From Streptomyces sp. NPDC059740 (GTDB lineage Bacteria; Actinomycetota; Actinomycetes; Streptomycetales; Streptomycetaceae), in NCBI RefSeq assembly GCF_042733155.1, contig NZ_JBHWGP010000001.1, forward strand, positions 544,177 to 568,176: a stretch of 24,000 bases of DNA, read 5' to 3'. Shown in pieces: positions 1 through 8,860 of this stretch (its first letter is position 1; the number at the start of each line of letters is the position of its first letter). The translations under genes were made by a program, and so were the position numbers. The notes under the pieces are model-generated. The model was given only the letters and a program-made list of their open reading frames with translations. It did not search any database and was not told the DNA's origin.

Positions 1-1
1 C

Positions 2-421
2 AACTACCGCGAGCAGGATTTCGTGACGGAGGTGCGTGAGGCCACCGAGGGCCGGGGTGCCGACGTCATCCTCGACATCATCGGCGCGAAGTACCTGGAG
101 CCCAACGTCCGGGCTCTAGCGGTGAACGGGCGGTTGGCCATCATCGGCTTGCAGGGGGGCGCCAAGGGCGAGGTCAACCTCGGTGCGCTCCTGAGCAAGC
201 GGGCCGCGCTGACCGCCACCTCGCTCCGGGGACGTCCGCTCGCGGAGAAGTCGGCCATTGTCGCGGCGGTCCACGAACACGTCTGGCCGCTGCTGGCGAA
301 CGGTCAGGTCCGGCCGATCGTCGACCGCACGCTGCCCATGCCGGAAGCCGCCGAGGCCCACCGCGTGGTGGACGCCGGTGAGCACGTCGGCAAGGTGGTG
401 CTGACCGTCCCGGGGGCCTGA
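2..421 (+). CDS. C-terminal fragment of an MDR-superfamily NADPH:quinone oxidoreductase (Qor/zeta-crystallin-like); the 5' end lies outside the window
   Basis: The frame of ORF 23..421 is open back to the window edge and ends at TGA 419-421. The translation (GADVILDIIGAKYLEPNVRALAVNGRLAIIGLQGG...LRGRPLAEK...AEAHRVVDAGEHVGKVVLTV) matches the nucleotide-binding and C-terminal tail pattern of quinone oxidoreductases. GC3 is high. Confidence 0.85.
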   Translation, partial: NYREQDFVTEVREATEGRGADVILDIIGAKYLEPNVRALAVNGRLAIIGLQGGAKGEVNLGALLSKRAALTATSLRGRPLAEKSAIVAAVHEHVWPLLANGQVRPIVDRTLPMPEAAEAHRVVDAGEHVGKVVLTVPGA

Positions 422-746
422 GGCCCGCCTGTCCGGGGCCAGGGCCGTCCCGTGCCGTCCGGTAGGGCCCCGTCCGACCCGCGCCGTCCGCGAGGCCCCT
501 GCCGGCCCACGACCGCCCCGGGGGCGACCGCCCCGGGGGTACCGCCCGAGCCCGGACTACCCGCAGCCACCCCGCCCCGAGACCGCAGCCCCAGCTGTGG
601 CGGACCCGGGGCGGGGCCCTGCCAGGCGGCCAACCGGGGATGAGTGGGCCCTGTTGTCCCCGTGTCCGGTATGTCCGAGATGGCCAGTGTGGGTCCCCGT
701 GTGAACCTGGGAACTCGTCGACGGCTCGGCACGGGAGGGGCGCGTC

Positions 747-2207
747 GTGGTTCCAGGCGTCCGCCGCGGTGTCGCCATCGGTCTGCTGGTCTTCTCCTTC
801 TCGCCGTCCCTGGCCGCCATGGCGGCGCCCGGCGGTCCCGTCCGGGGCGCGGTGCGGACTGCACCGGCCTTCTCCAGGGTCCCGGACCTGGCTGCCGGGG
901 CGGTGATCCGTAAGGCCGTGCCGTCGGTGAAGCAGCAGACCCCCACGGGCGGTGCTGGGTCGGTGAAGCAGCAGGCCTCCGTGGGCGGTGCCGGGTCGGT
1001 GAAGCAGCAGGCCTCCGCGGGCGGTGCGGGAGCGCGCGGAGTACGCCCCCGACGGACGGAGGCCCGGGGCGACGGGCCCGGTGGGCCGGGGGTGCCGGGC
1101 GCGGAGAACAGCGCCCCCCCGAACCCCGACGCGCCCCCCGCCCCAGCCGCCGACGATCCACAGGACGACGGCCCGAGGACCCGCCCCCAGACCGGCCACC
1201 CCCGGACCGGCCGCCCTCAGACCGGCCGAGTGAGGACCAGCCACCCGAAGACGGACGGGGCTCAGTCGAACGGCGTGAAGGGGAACGACGGGAAGACGGA
1301 CGGGGCAAAGACGGACGGCGGGAAGACGGACGGCTCGAAGACCGACGACGGGAAGGCGAACGGTTCCGGCCCGGACCGTGCGCAGGACGATGTCCCCTCA
1401 CCGGGCAGCCCCGGGGCTAGCGGCTCTTCCCGGCACGGCCCCACCCGGCACGACCGGGGCCGGGGAGCGCTCTCGCACGGCCGGAGCCCCGGGCGTGGGG
1501 CGGCGGAGTCGACGGAGACCGGGCAGGGCGACGGCTCGGGCGGCACGGAGCGCGCCTCGACCGGCCCCGACACGTCCGACGGCCCGGGCGCGGGCAGCTC
1601 CGACCGGCGAGGCGAGGGGCGGGACGGTGGGACCGCCGCGGACTCCGGCGCGGACTCCGGCGAGGACGAGGGCGAGGGCGAAGCCCGGGCGGGGCGCGAG
1701 CCGGACGCCGCCTATGCACCGGAGGAGGGCGGACCGTATCCCGGACCGCCGGTGACCGGCGGCCCCACCGCCGGTGACAGCCCAGGTTCCCCCGACGGAA
1801 CGGCGCCCTCCGCTCCTCGAACAGCCGACGGCTCCGGGAGTCTGCGGCCCGGCGGCTCGGCCTCGCCGACGCGTCGGTCCCCCGGGGCGCCCGGCAGCGG
1901 AGAGCCGGACCGGCCGTACCAGCCCGGGGACGCCCGCGCCTCGGCCACGCCCTCCGCCTTCGAGGTGCCGGGGCCGGGGCGGTGGACCGGTGTCCTCTCG
2001 CCCTCACCGTCCACCGCGGAGCGGCCGCAGACCCCCGGCGTCTCGCAGGCGGCGCCACCGTACGAGGACGAGGACCGGGCAGGTTCCGCCTCCGACGCGG
2101 CTCCGGGGTCGACGGCCGGTGTGCACCGGGTGCTGCCGATGGGAGCCGGCCTCGTCCTCACCGGGTTGGGGCTGGCTTTCATCGGGTGGCGGATGCGCCG
2201 CTCCTGA
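747..2207 (+). CDS. Secreted, largely disordered G/P/D/S/T-rich repeat protein with an N-terminal signal peptide and a C-terminal hydrophobic anchor plus basic tail
   Basis: GTG start at 747 is preceded by gggagggg about 8 nt upstream. The N-terminus MVPGVRRGVAIGLLVFSFSPSLAAMAAP looks like a signal peptide. GC3 is high throughout. The protein contains in-frame tandem repeats. The C-terminus is LPMGAGLVLTGLGLAFIGWRMRRS. Confidence 0.7.
   Translation: MVPGVRRGVAIGLLVFSFSPSLAAMAAPGGPVRGAVRTAPAFSRVPDLAAGAVIRKAVPSVKQQTPTGGAGSVKQQASVGGAGSVKQQASAGGAGARGVRPRRTEARGDGPGGPGVPGAENSAPPNPDAPPAPAADDPQDDGPRTRPQTGHPRTGRPQTGRVRTSHPKTDGAQSNGVKGNDGKTDGAKTDGGKTDGSKTDDGKANGSGPDRAQDDVPSPGSPGASGSSRHGPTRHDRGRGALSHGRSPGRGAAESTETGQGDGSGGTERASTGPDTSDGPGAGSSDRRGEGRDGGTAADSGADSGEDEGEGEARAGREPDAAYAPEEGGPYPGPPVTGGPTAGDSPGSPDGTAPSAPRTADGSGSLRPGGSASPTRRSPGAPGSGEPDRPYQPGDARASATPSAFEVPGPGRWTGVLSPSPSTAERPQTPGVSQAAPPYEDEDRAGSASDAAPGSTAGVHRVLPMGAGLVLTGLGLAFIGWRMRRS
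924..1031 (+). repeat. 3 x 36-bp in-frame tandem repeat encoding SVKQQ(T/A)(P/S)xGGAG
   Basis: Units at 924-959, 960-995 and 996-1031 are near-identical (tcggtgaagcagcag...ggcggtgc.ggg). They lie inside CDS 747..2207. Confidence 0.9.
1248..1367 (+). repeat. 8 x 15-bp in-frame tandem repeat encoding K(T/G/A)(D/N)(G/D)x pentapeptides
   Basis: The unit aagacggacggNNNN recurs from 1248. It translates as KTDGA QSNGV KGNDG KTDGA KTDGG KTDGS KTDDG KANGS. It lies inside CDS 747..2207. Confidence 0.85.
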
Positions 2208-2241
2208 CCGCCGTTCCTGACCGCCGCCCGGCTCCGCCCGG

Positions 2242-2290
2242 CCCGCCGCACCGCCCCGCCGCACCGCCCCGCCGCACCGCTGCACCGCCC
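2242..2290. repeat. 13-bp tandem repeat (cccgccgcaccgc x3 plus a partial copy) in the intergenic region
   Basis: Three identical units at 2242-2254, 2255-2267 and 2268-2280 are followed by the degenerate copy tgcaccgccc. The array is just downstream of the stop at 2207. Confidence 0.8.
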
Positions 2291-2567
2291 CCCTCCACAC
2301 CCCCTCGCGTGCGTTTCCCGGCTCCGGTTGTGGCGCTTTTGCCAGGCACCACCGCGGCGTCCGCAGCTCGTACGAGACAATGTCGGGGTGGCCCGCATCT
2401 CCGTTCGGTGGCCGCCGGCAGGTGGTGGCACCCGTGAGCGGTTGAGTCCGGGTCGCGGCCCAGGGCGGGCGGCGGCGACGCGTTCCGTCGTCCGGCGGTC
2501 ACGGAAGCGAAGGGCGCGTTTTCCTCCCCGTCCGCGGGCGGGGTCCCAGGCAAGGAGAAGGACGACG

Positions 2568-3128
2568 ATGATGCCGACGAACGAACGCTCGCAGGAGAAC
2601 CCGCAGGTCCTGGTGGTGGGCCCGGACGGGATGGCTCTGGGCGGTGGCGGCTCCCAGGGCGGGGAGGGCGACGAGGAGCCTCGTGAGATCCCGGTGACCG
2701 AGATGGTCGAGCAGCCCGCCAAGGTCATGCGCATCGGCAGCATGATCAAGCAGCTGCTGGAGGAGGTGAAGGCGGCACCGCTGGACGAAGCGAGCCGGGC
2801 CCGCCTGAAGGACATCCACGCCAGCTCCGTCAAGGAGTTGGAGGACGGACTCGCCCCGGAGCTGGTGGAGGAGCTGGAGAGACTGTCGCTCCCCTTCACC
2901 GAGGACTCCGTGCCCACCGACGCGGAGCTGCGCATCGCCCAGGCACAGCTCGTCGGCTGGCTGGAAGGGCTCTTCCACGGCATCCAGACGGCGCTGTTCG
3001 CCCAGCAGATGGCTGCGCGGGCCCAGCTGGAGCAGATGCGCCGGGCACTGCCGCCGGGCGTGGTTCCCGGTGGTGACGCCGACGAGCACGGCCCCCAGGG
3101 CGGTGCCCGCTCCGGCCCCTACCTCTGA
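2568..3128 (+). CDS. bpa: Bacterial proteasome activator Bpa/PafE (DUF2587 family)
   Basis: ATG at 2568 is preceded by aggagaagga. The block VEQPAKVMRIGSMIKQLLEEVKAAPLDEASRARLKDIHASS..ELEDGLAPEL...AELRIAQAQLVGWLEGLFHGIQTALFAQQMAARAQL closely matches my memory of M. tuberculosis Rv3780 (Bpa). The C-terminal -GPYL corresponds to the proteasome-docking GQYL tail. The upstream 80 codons of ORF 2328..3128 are Arg-rich and rejected. Confidence 0.9.
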   Translation: MMPTNERSQENPQVLVVGPDGMALGGGGSQGGEGDEEPREIPVTEMVEQPAKVMRIGSMIKQLLEEVKAAPLDEASRARLKDIHASSVKELEDGLAPELVEELERLSLPFTEDSVPTDAELRIAQAQLVGWLEGLFHGIQTALFAQQMAARAQLEQMRRALPPGVVPGGDADEHGPQGGARSGPYL

Positions 3129-3185
3129 CGGGTCGCCGGCAAGGCCGGCTGACCCGGGTCGGGCACCGCGGTTGCTGAGGTTCCG

Positions 3186-3217
3186 CAGGCCGGTCGCGCA
3201 CCTGCGCGACCGGCCTG
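3186..3217 (+). terminator. GC-rich hairpin downstream of bpa (candidate intrinsic terminator, no U-tract)
   Basis: caggccggtcgcgca (3186-3200) and tgcgcgaccggcctg (3203-3217) are perfect reverse complements. The hairpin lies 58 nt after the bpa stop. Confidence 0.5.
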
Positions 3218-3338
3218 TCCCGTTCCCCGGCCGGGCCGAACGGAACCGGGACGGGTGCCCCCGCCGTCTCAGGGACGGACCGCGGCTCCCGCCTCGGCCC
3301 CGGCGACGGCGGTGTCGGCCGCAGGCACGGCCGTGGCG

Positions 3339-3434
3339 GTGTCAGCCCTCAACCCCGGCGAGGACGTGTCAGCCCTCAACCCCAGCGAGGACGTGTCGGC
3401 CTCAGACCCCGTCGGCGACGTGTCGGACCCCGGC
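3339..3434. repeat. 27-bp tandem repeat, about 3.5 copies, straddling the 3' end of the minus-strand MFS gene
   Basis: Units lie at 3339-3365, 3366-3392 and 3393-3419, with a partial copy from 3420 (gtgtc[a/g]gcc[c]tca[a/g]cccc.g[c/t][g/c]g[a/c]ggac). Confidence 0.85.
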
Positions 3435-4658
3435 ACCGGTCAGCCTGTCCTCAGGCGCCCGCTCGCGGCGCGGGAGCAGCAGCGGTGTGGCGAGCAGGAG
3501 GATTCCGGCGGCTGCGATCGCGGTGCGCGGGGTGGTGAGGGAGGCCAGCAGGCCCCAGGCTGCGGTGAGGGTGGCGATGGCGGCGCTGCTGCTGACCGAC
3601 CACGCGGACAGGGTGCGGGCGACCCGGTCGGGGGAGGTGTGGTCGAGCCGGCAGGTCGCCAGCACCGGCTGGAACAGTCCGCAGCAGGTCACCAGGCCGA
3701 ACTGGAGGACTATGACGAGCACCATCCCCACCGCACCGGGCCGTACGAACGCCAGCCCCAGGGGCCAGAGTGCCCGCAGCGCCCCGGCGACGAGGAGCAC
3801 CCGGTGCCGGCCGAACCGTGCCGTGAGCGGGTGTGCGAGGCGTGAACCGACGAAACCTCCGACGCAGGGCAGCGCGAAGACCAGCCCGTACTGCCAGGGC
3901 GCAAAACCGAGACGGTCCACCAGGAGCACGGCGAGCAGCGGTTCGGAGGCCATGATCAGTCCGTTGACCACGATCCCGTTGAGGAAGAGCGGACGCAGCA
4001 CGGGGTGGCTGAGGATGTGGCGCCAGCCTTCGACCAGGTCGCCGGCGCGCAGTCGGGGCGTACCAAGCCGCTCCGGGCGCGGCTCCGTACCGCCGACCGC
4101 GCGGATGCCCAGCGCGGAGAGGAGGTAGCTGACGGCGTCGGCCAGCACGGTCGTCACCGGGCCGAACAGCCCGATCGCGGCCCCGCCGAGCGGAGGTCCG
4201 ACCACCGTCGCCGTCCAGGTGGTGGATTCGAACCGGCTGTTCGCGACGAGCAGGTCCTCCGGTGGCACCAGGGCCTTCAGGAACGCGCCGCCGGCCGCCT
4301 TGAAGACGATGTCGGCCACGGCGACGAGAACGGAGACGACCAGGAGCTGGGCGAAGCTGAGCCGGCCCAGTGCGAACGCTGCGGGGATGCTCAGCAGGGC
4401 CGCGAACCGGATCAGGTCCATGGCCATCATGACCGGCCGCTTGCGGCGGAACTCCACCCACGGGCCGAGCGGCACCGCGAGCACCGCCCCCACGGCCCGT
4501 CCCGTCGCCGCCAGCGCCGCCACCCGGGTCGATCCGGAGTGCAGTACGAGGATCGCGATCAGAGGGAGGGCACCGAAGCCGAACCCGGTCCCGTACGCAC
4601 TGACCGCGTAGGCCCCCCACAGCCACCCGAACCGCCTGCCCAGCGCCCGTCTGCCCAC
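3402..4658 (-). CDS. MFS transporter (12-TM type, EntS/MFS_3-like)
   Basis: ORF 3402..4736 is hydrophobic with multiple TM segments and loop motifs such as VEFRRKRPVMM and LVDRLG. I prefer the GTG start at 4658, which is preceded by gcgggggaagc. The alternative starts at 4709 and 4736 would add a Cys/Arg-rich extension. Confidence 0.85.
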   Translation of the reverse strand: MGRRALGRRFGWLWGAYAVSAYGTGFGFGALPLIAILVLHSGSTRVAALAATGRAVGAVLAVPLGPWVEFRRKRPVMMAMDLIRFAALLSIPAAFALGRLSFAQLLVVSVLVAVADIVFKAAGGAFLKALVPPEDLLVANSRFESTTWTATVVGPPLGGAAIGLFGPVTTVLADAVSYLLSALGIRAVGGTEPRPERLGTPRLRAGDLVEGWRHILSHPVLRPLFLNGIVVNGLIMASEPLLAVLLVDRLGFAPWQYGLVFALPCVGGFVGSRLAHPLTARFGRHRVLLVAGALRALWPLGLAFVRPGAVGMVLVIVLQFGLVTCCGLFQPVLATCRLDHTSPDRVARTLSAWSVSSSAAIATLTAAWGLLASLTTPRTAIAAAGILLLATPLLLPRRERAPEDRLTGAGVRHVADGV

Positions 4659-4854
4659 GCTTCCCCCGCACCTCGCGCCGCATCGGACGACCCGGTGCTG
4701 ACACGGCATCCAAGCAAGGCGCGGCGGCGTGGGCAAACCACCTACAGGCCTGTCAGGACCACGGTCCGTCCCTCACGGACGGCTGCTCGGTGGGGTTGCG
4801 GGTCTCCTGCACAACGGTGGCTCGGAACGCTGACCAACCGATGGCGCGCTCGGA

Positions 4855-6546
4855 TCACTCGCTGTTCCCGTTCGCGACGGTGAGCTGAATCGGGTCGTCG
4901 GTCTTGGGGTTCCACCACGCGACGGCACTCGGCGACTGGTCGATGACGACGCCCTTGGCGTAGAGGCTGTTGGGCGCCTCCTTGGTGGTGTACTTCCAGT
5001 GGACCGCGTTCAGGCAGGCTTTCACTGATTCGATGGTCTTCCCGTGGAAGAAGGGCATCAGGTATTTACCCGGGTTCGCCGCGCTCTCCGCGGCCCCGGT
5101 GCACTCGGAAGTGCTGATGCTGTCCCCCGTGACGGAGGGCTTCGACGAGTAGGAGTAGTCGGAGGAGTAGGTCGGCTCCGGGGAGGAGCCTCCGTTGTCG
5201 TCCCCGCTCCCGCTGTCGTCCCCCACGCTCAGCCCGATGCCGATGGCCAGGGCGGTGAGGATGACCACGCCGACGATCACCGAGACCACGACGACCGCGG
5301 TGTTGCTCTTCCGCGCGCCGCCGCCGCCCACGGGGGCGGGTGTGCCCGAGTAGGGCGGCGGGGTCTGCATCCCCGCGGTGGGGGGCTGCATCCCGGCGTT
5401 GAACGGCTGCGGGGTCATCGGCGCCGGCCCGGGGACGGGGCCCGGGGCCGGGGTGGCGTAGGCGGTGGGGGGCGGCGGGGTGTGCGGGCCGGCCATGCCC
5501 ACCGGTGGCCCGTAGGGGCCCGGCTGCTGGGGCTGGTAGGTCGGCTGGACGGTGGGCGGCGGCGGAGTCGTCGGACTGGCGGTGGGGAAGACGGTGGAGG
5601 CCACCGAGGCGCCGCTGGTCCGGGCCCGGGGGCCCTCGCTGATGATCAGCGGGGTGCCGCCGGTCTGGCCGCTGCCCGCCAGGCGCAGGCACTCCTCGCG
5701 CATGGCCTCGGCCGTGGGGAACCGCTCCGAGGGGTTCTTCTTCAGCGTCCGGGCGATCAGCGCGTCGACGCCGGCCGGCAGCGAGCGGTTGATGCTGGAG
5801 GGGACCGGCGGCTCCTCCTGGACGTGGGCGTAGGCGATGGCCAGCGGCGAGTCGGCGTCGAACGGCAGCTGCCCAGTCACCAGTTCGAAGAGCATGATGC
5901 CCACCGAGTACAGGTCGGAGCGGGCGTCCACGCCGCGCCCCAGGGCCTGCTCGGGGGAGAGGTACTGCGGGGTGCCGACGACCATGCCGGTCTGTGTCAT
6001 CGACGTCACGCCGGACTGCATGGCACGGGCGATGCCGAAGTCCATGACCTTGACCACGCCACGCTTGGTGATCATGACGTTGCCGGGCTTGATGTCGCGG
6101 TGGACCAGGCCCATCTCGTGGCTGACGTCCAGGGCCGCGAGGACGTCCGCGGTGATCTTGAGGGCCTTCTCGGCGGGCATCGCGCCGTGCTGGGCGATGT
6201 CGGTGTCCAGCGTGGTGCGCAGCGGGTCGCCGGCGACGTACTCCATGACGATGTACGGCACCATGCCGCCGTCGAGCTCGTCCTCGCCGGAGTCGTAGAC
6301 CGAGACGATGTTGGTGTGCGTGAGCTTGGCGACGGACTGCGCCTCGCGGCGGAAGCGCTCCCGGAAGGCGGCCTCGCGGCCGAGCTCGGTGTGCAGCGTC
6401 TTGATCGCCACCTCACGGTCCAGGACCGTGTCGTAGGCGAGGTGGACCGCGGCCATGCCGCCCGCGCCGAGCAGGTCGCGCAGCTGGTAGCGCCCCCTGC
6501 CGACCGAGCGGCCCTCGTAGGTGCCCTGAGCGCCGTCCTGGCTCAT
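4855..6546 (-). CDS. Hanks-type Ser/Thr protein kinase with a Pro-rich linker, one TM helix and a C-terminal PASTA-like ectodomain
   Basis: ATG at 6546 (MSQDGAQG...) is preceded by a G-rich SD. Kinase motifs present are GAGGMAAV, AIK, HRDIKPGNVMI, DFGIARA and GTPQYLSPEQ. The TM segment is AVVVVSVIVGVVILTALAIGIGL. The tail MPFFHGKTIESVKACLNAVHWKY...GVVIDQSPSA...IQLTVANG fits the PASTA pattern. The upstream 102 codons of the ORF are rejected. Confidence 0.92.
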   Translation of the reverse strand: MSQDGAQGTYEGRSVGRGRYQLRDLLGAGGMAAVHLAYDTVLDREVAIKTLHTELGREAAFRERFRREAQSVAKLTHTNIVSVYDSGEDELDGGMVPYIVMEYVAGDPLRTTLDTDIAQHGAMPAEKALKITADVLAALDVSHEMGLVHRDIKPGNVMITKRGVVKVMDFGIARAMQSGVTSMTQTGMVVGTPQYLSPEQALGRGVDARSDLYSVGIMLFELVTGQLPFDADSPLAIAYAHVQEEPPVPSSINRSLPAGVDALIARTLKKNPSERFPTAEAMREECLRLAGSGQTGGTPLIISEGPRARTSGASVASTVFPTASPTTPPPPTVQPTYQPQQPGPYGPPVGMAGPHTPPPPTAYATPAPGPVPGPAPMTPQPFNAGMQPPTAGMQTPPPYSGTPAPVGGGGARKSNTAVVVVSVIVGVVILTALAIGIGLSVGDDSGSGDDNGGSSPEPTYSSDYSYSSKPSVTGDSISTSECTGAAESAANPGKYLMPFFHGKTIESVKACLNAVHWKYTTKEAPNSLYAKGVVIDQSPSAVAWWNPKTDDPIQLTVANGNSE

Positions 6547-6816
6547 CGTCCCGCGTCCCCCCCGGCGCTCGTCCTGCGGCGCGCACGTGCGTTGAGTACT
6601 GCTCTGCCGTGACCGTCGTCGTCGCGGCCCGGTCTCCTGCTCCCTGCGGAGGCGGACCGTCGTGGCCGGCGTGCGGCTGCGGTCAGGCCCGCGGGTGCAC
6701 CTGGTGGCTGTGTGTGGCGGGCCCGCGGGGGCGTCGCGCGCCCGGCTCCATTCGGTCTGGATCTCCGAGGCAAGTCTGCCCGAGGGCGGTGACACGTCAA
6801 GCCGTGTGCCCGTTCC

Positions 6817-6843
6817 GTGACCAGATGTGCAAGATCTGGTCAC
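6817..6843. repeat. Perfect 10-bp inverted repeat (gtgaccagat-N7-atctggtcac), a candidate operator or hairpin in the inter-kinase spacer
   Basis: Left arm 6817-6826, spacer gtgcaag, right arm 6834-6843. It sits in a locally low-GC patch. It is immediately followed by the direct repeat cactgcgga/cactgcggga (6841-6859). The repeat is certain; its function is not. Confidence 0.6.
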
Positions 6844-7128
6844 TGCGGACACTGCGGGACGAGACCGCGGCCGACCGGGCCCGCGGCCGGGCCCCGTGCG
6901 GGGTCAGGGCCGCGCCGCGGTCCGGGGGGCAGTCCCTCTTCCGTCCCCCTGTCTCCGCTTTTCGGAGCATTTCCCCGAACTTGCGACACTGGGACGCAGC
7001 CCGCGGTTCCCGGCTCCTTCGCGGCGGACCGCGCCGTACCCGGGAGCCTGTAGCGTGCTCTACCGAAGACCGAGACGTACCACCGCGTGACGGCCTCCCC
7101 GGCACGCGACGAATGACGGCGAGGACCG

Positions 7129-8712
<1,584 letters not shown>

Positions 8713-8735
8713 GCCGCACCGCCCGCGAGACCCCC

Positions 8736-8782
8736 GCGACGGGCCCGGCGCCCCGGACACCCTCCGGTGCCGGGCCCGTCGC
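8736..8782. terminator. 14-bp-stem GC hairpin between convergent genes (candidate bidirectional terminator)
   Basis: gcgacgggcccggc (8736-8749) is the exact reverse complement of gccgggcccgtcgc (8769-8782). The loop itself contains ccgga...tccgg. Confidence 0.55.
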
Positions 8783-8860
8783 ATGCCCGGGTCCGGTGAC
8801 CTCCCGGTGTCCGGCACCAGCCCTGCCCGCACCTCCCCCGCCCGCCTCGCCCGTGCCCCT

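Noticed and set aside
2140-2207. A canonical LPxTG/LAxTG sortase signal at the C-terminus of the disordered protein.
   Set aside because: The motif is LPMGAG, with Gly rather than Thr at position 4 and Ala at position 5. It cannot be called a canonical sorting signal, so it is reported only as signal-like.
2380-2412. A TGTCGG element upstream of bpa that resembles the PafBC-dependent RecA-NDp promoter motif (TGTCRgtg-N8-TAnnnT).
   Set aside because: The sequence at the required spacing is not a TAnnnT hexamer (atctcc/tctccg), so the match is partial and not supportable.
3255-3845. The plus-strand ORF (196 aa) that reads the 27-bp repeat as VSALNPGED nonapeptide repeats.
   Set aside because: Beyond the repeat it runs antisense through the well-supported MFS gene with a Gly/Arg-rich translation. 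It has no SD or signal features, so it is most likely a shadow frame.
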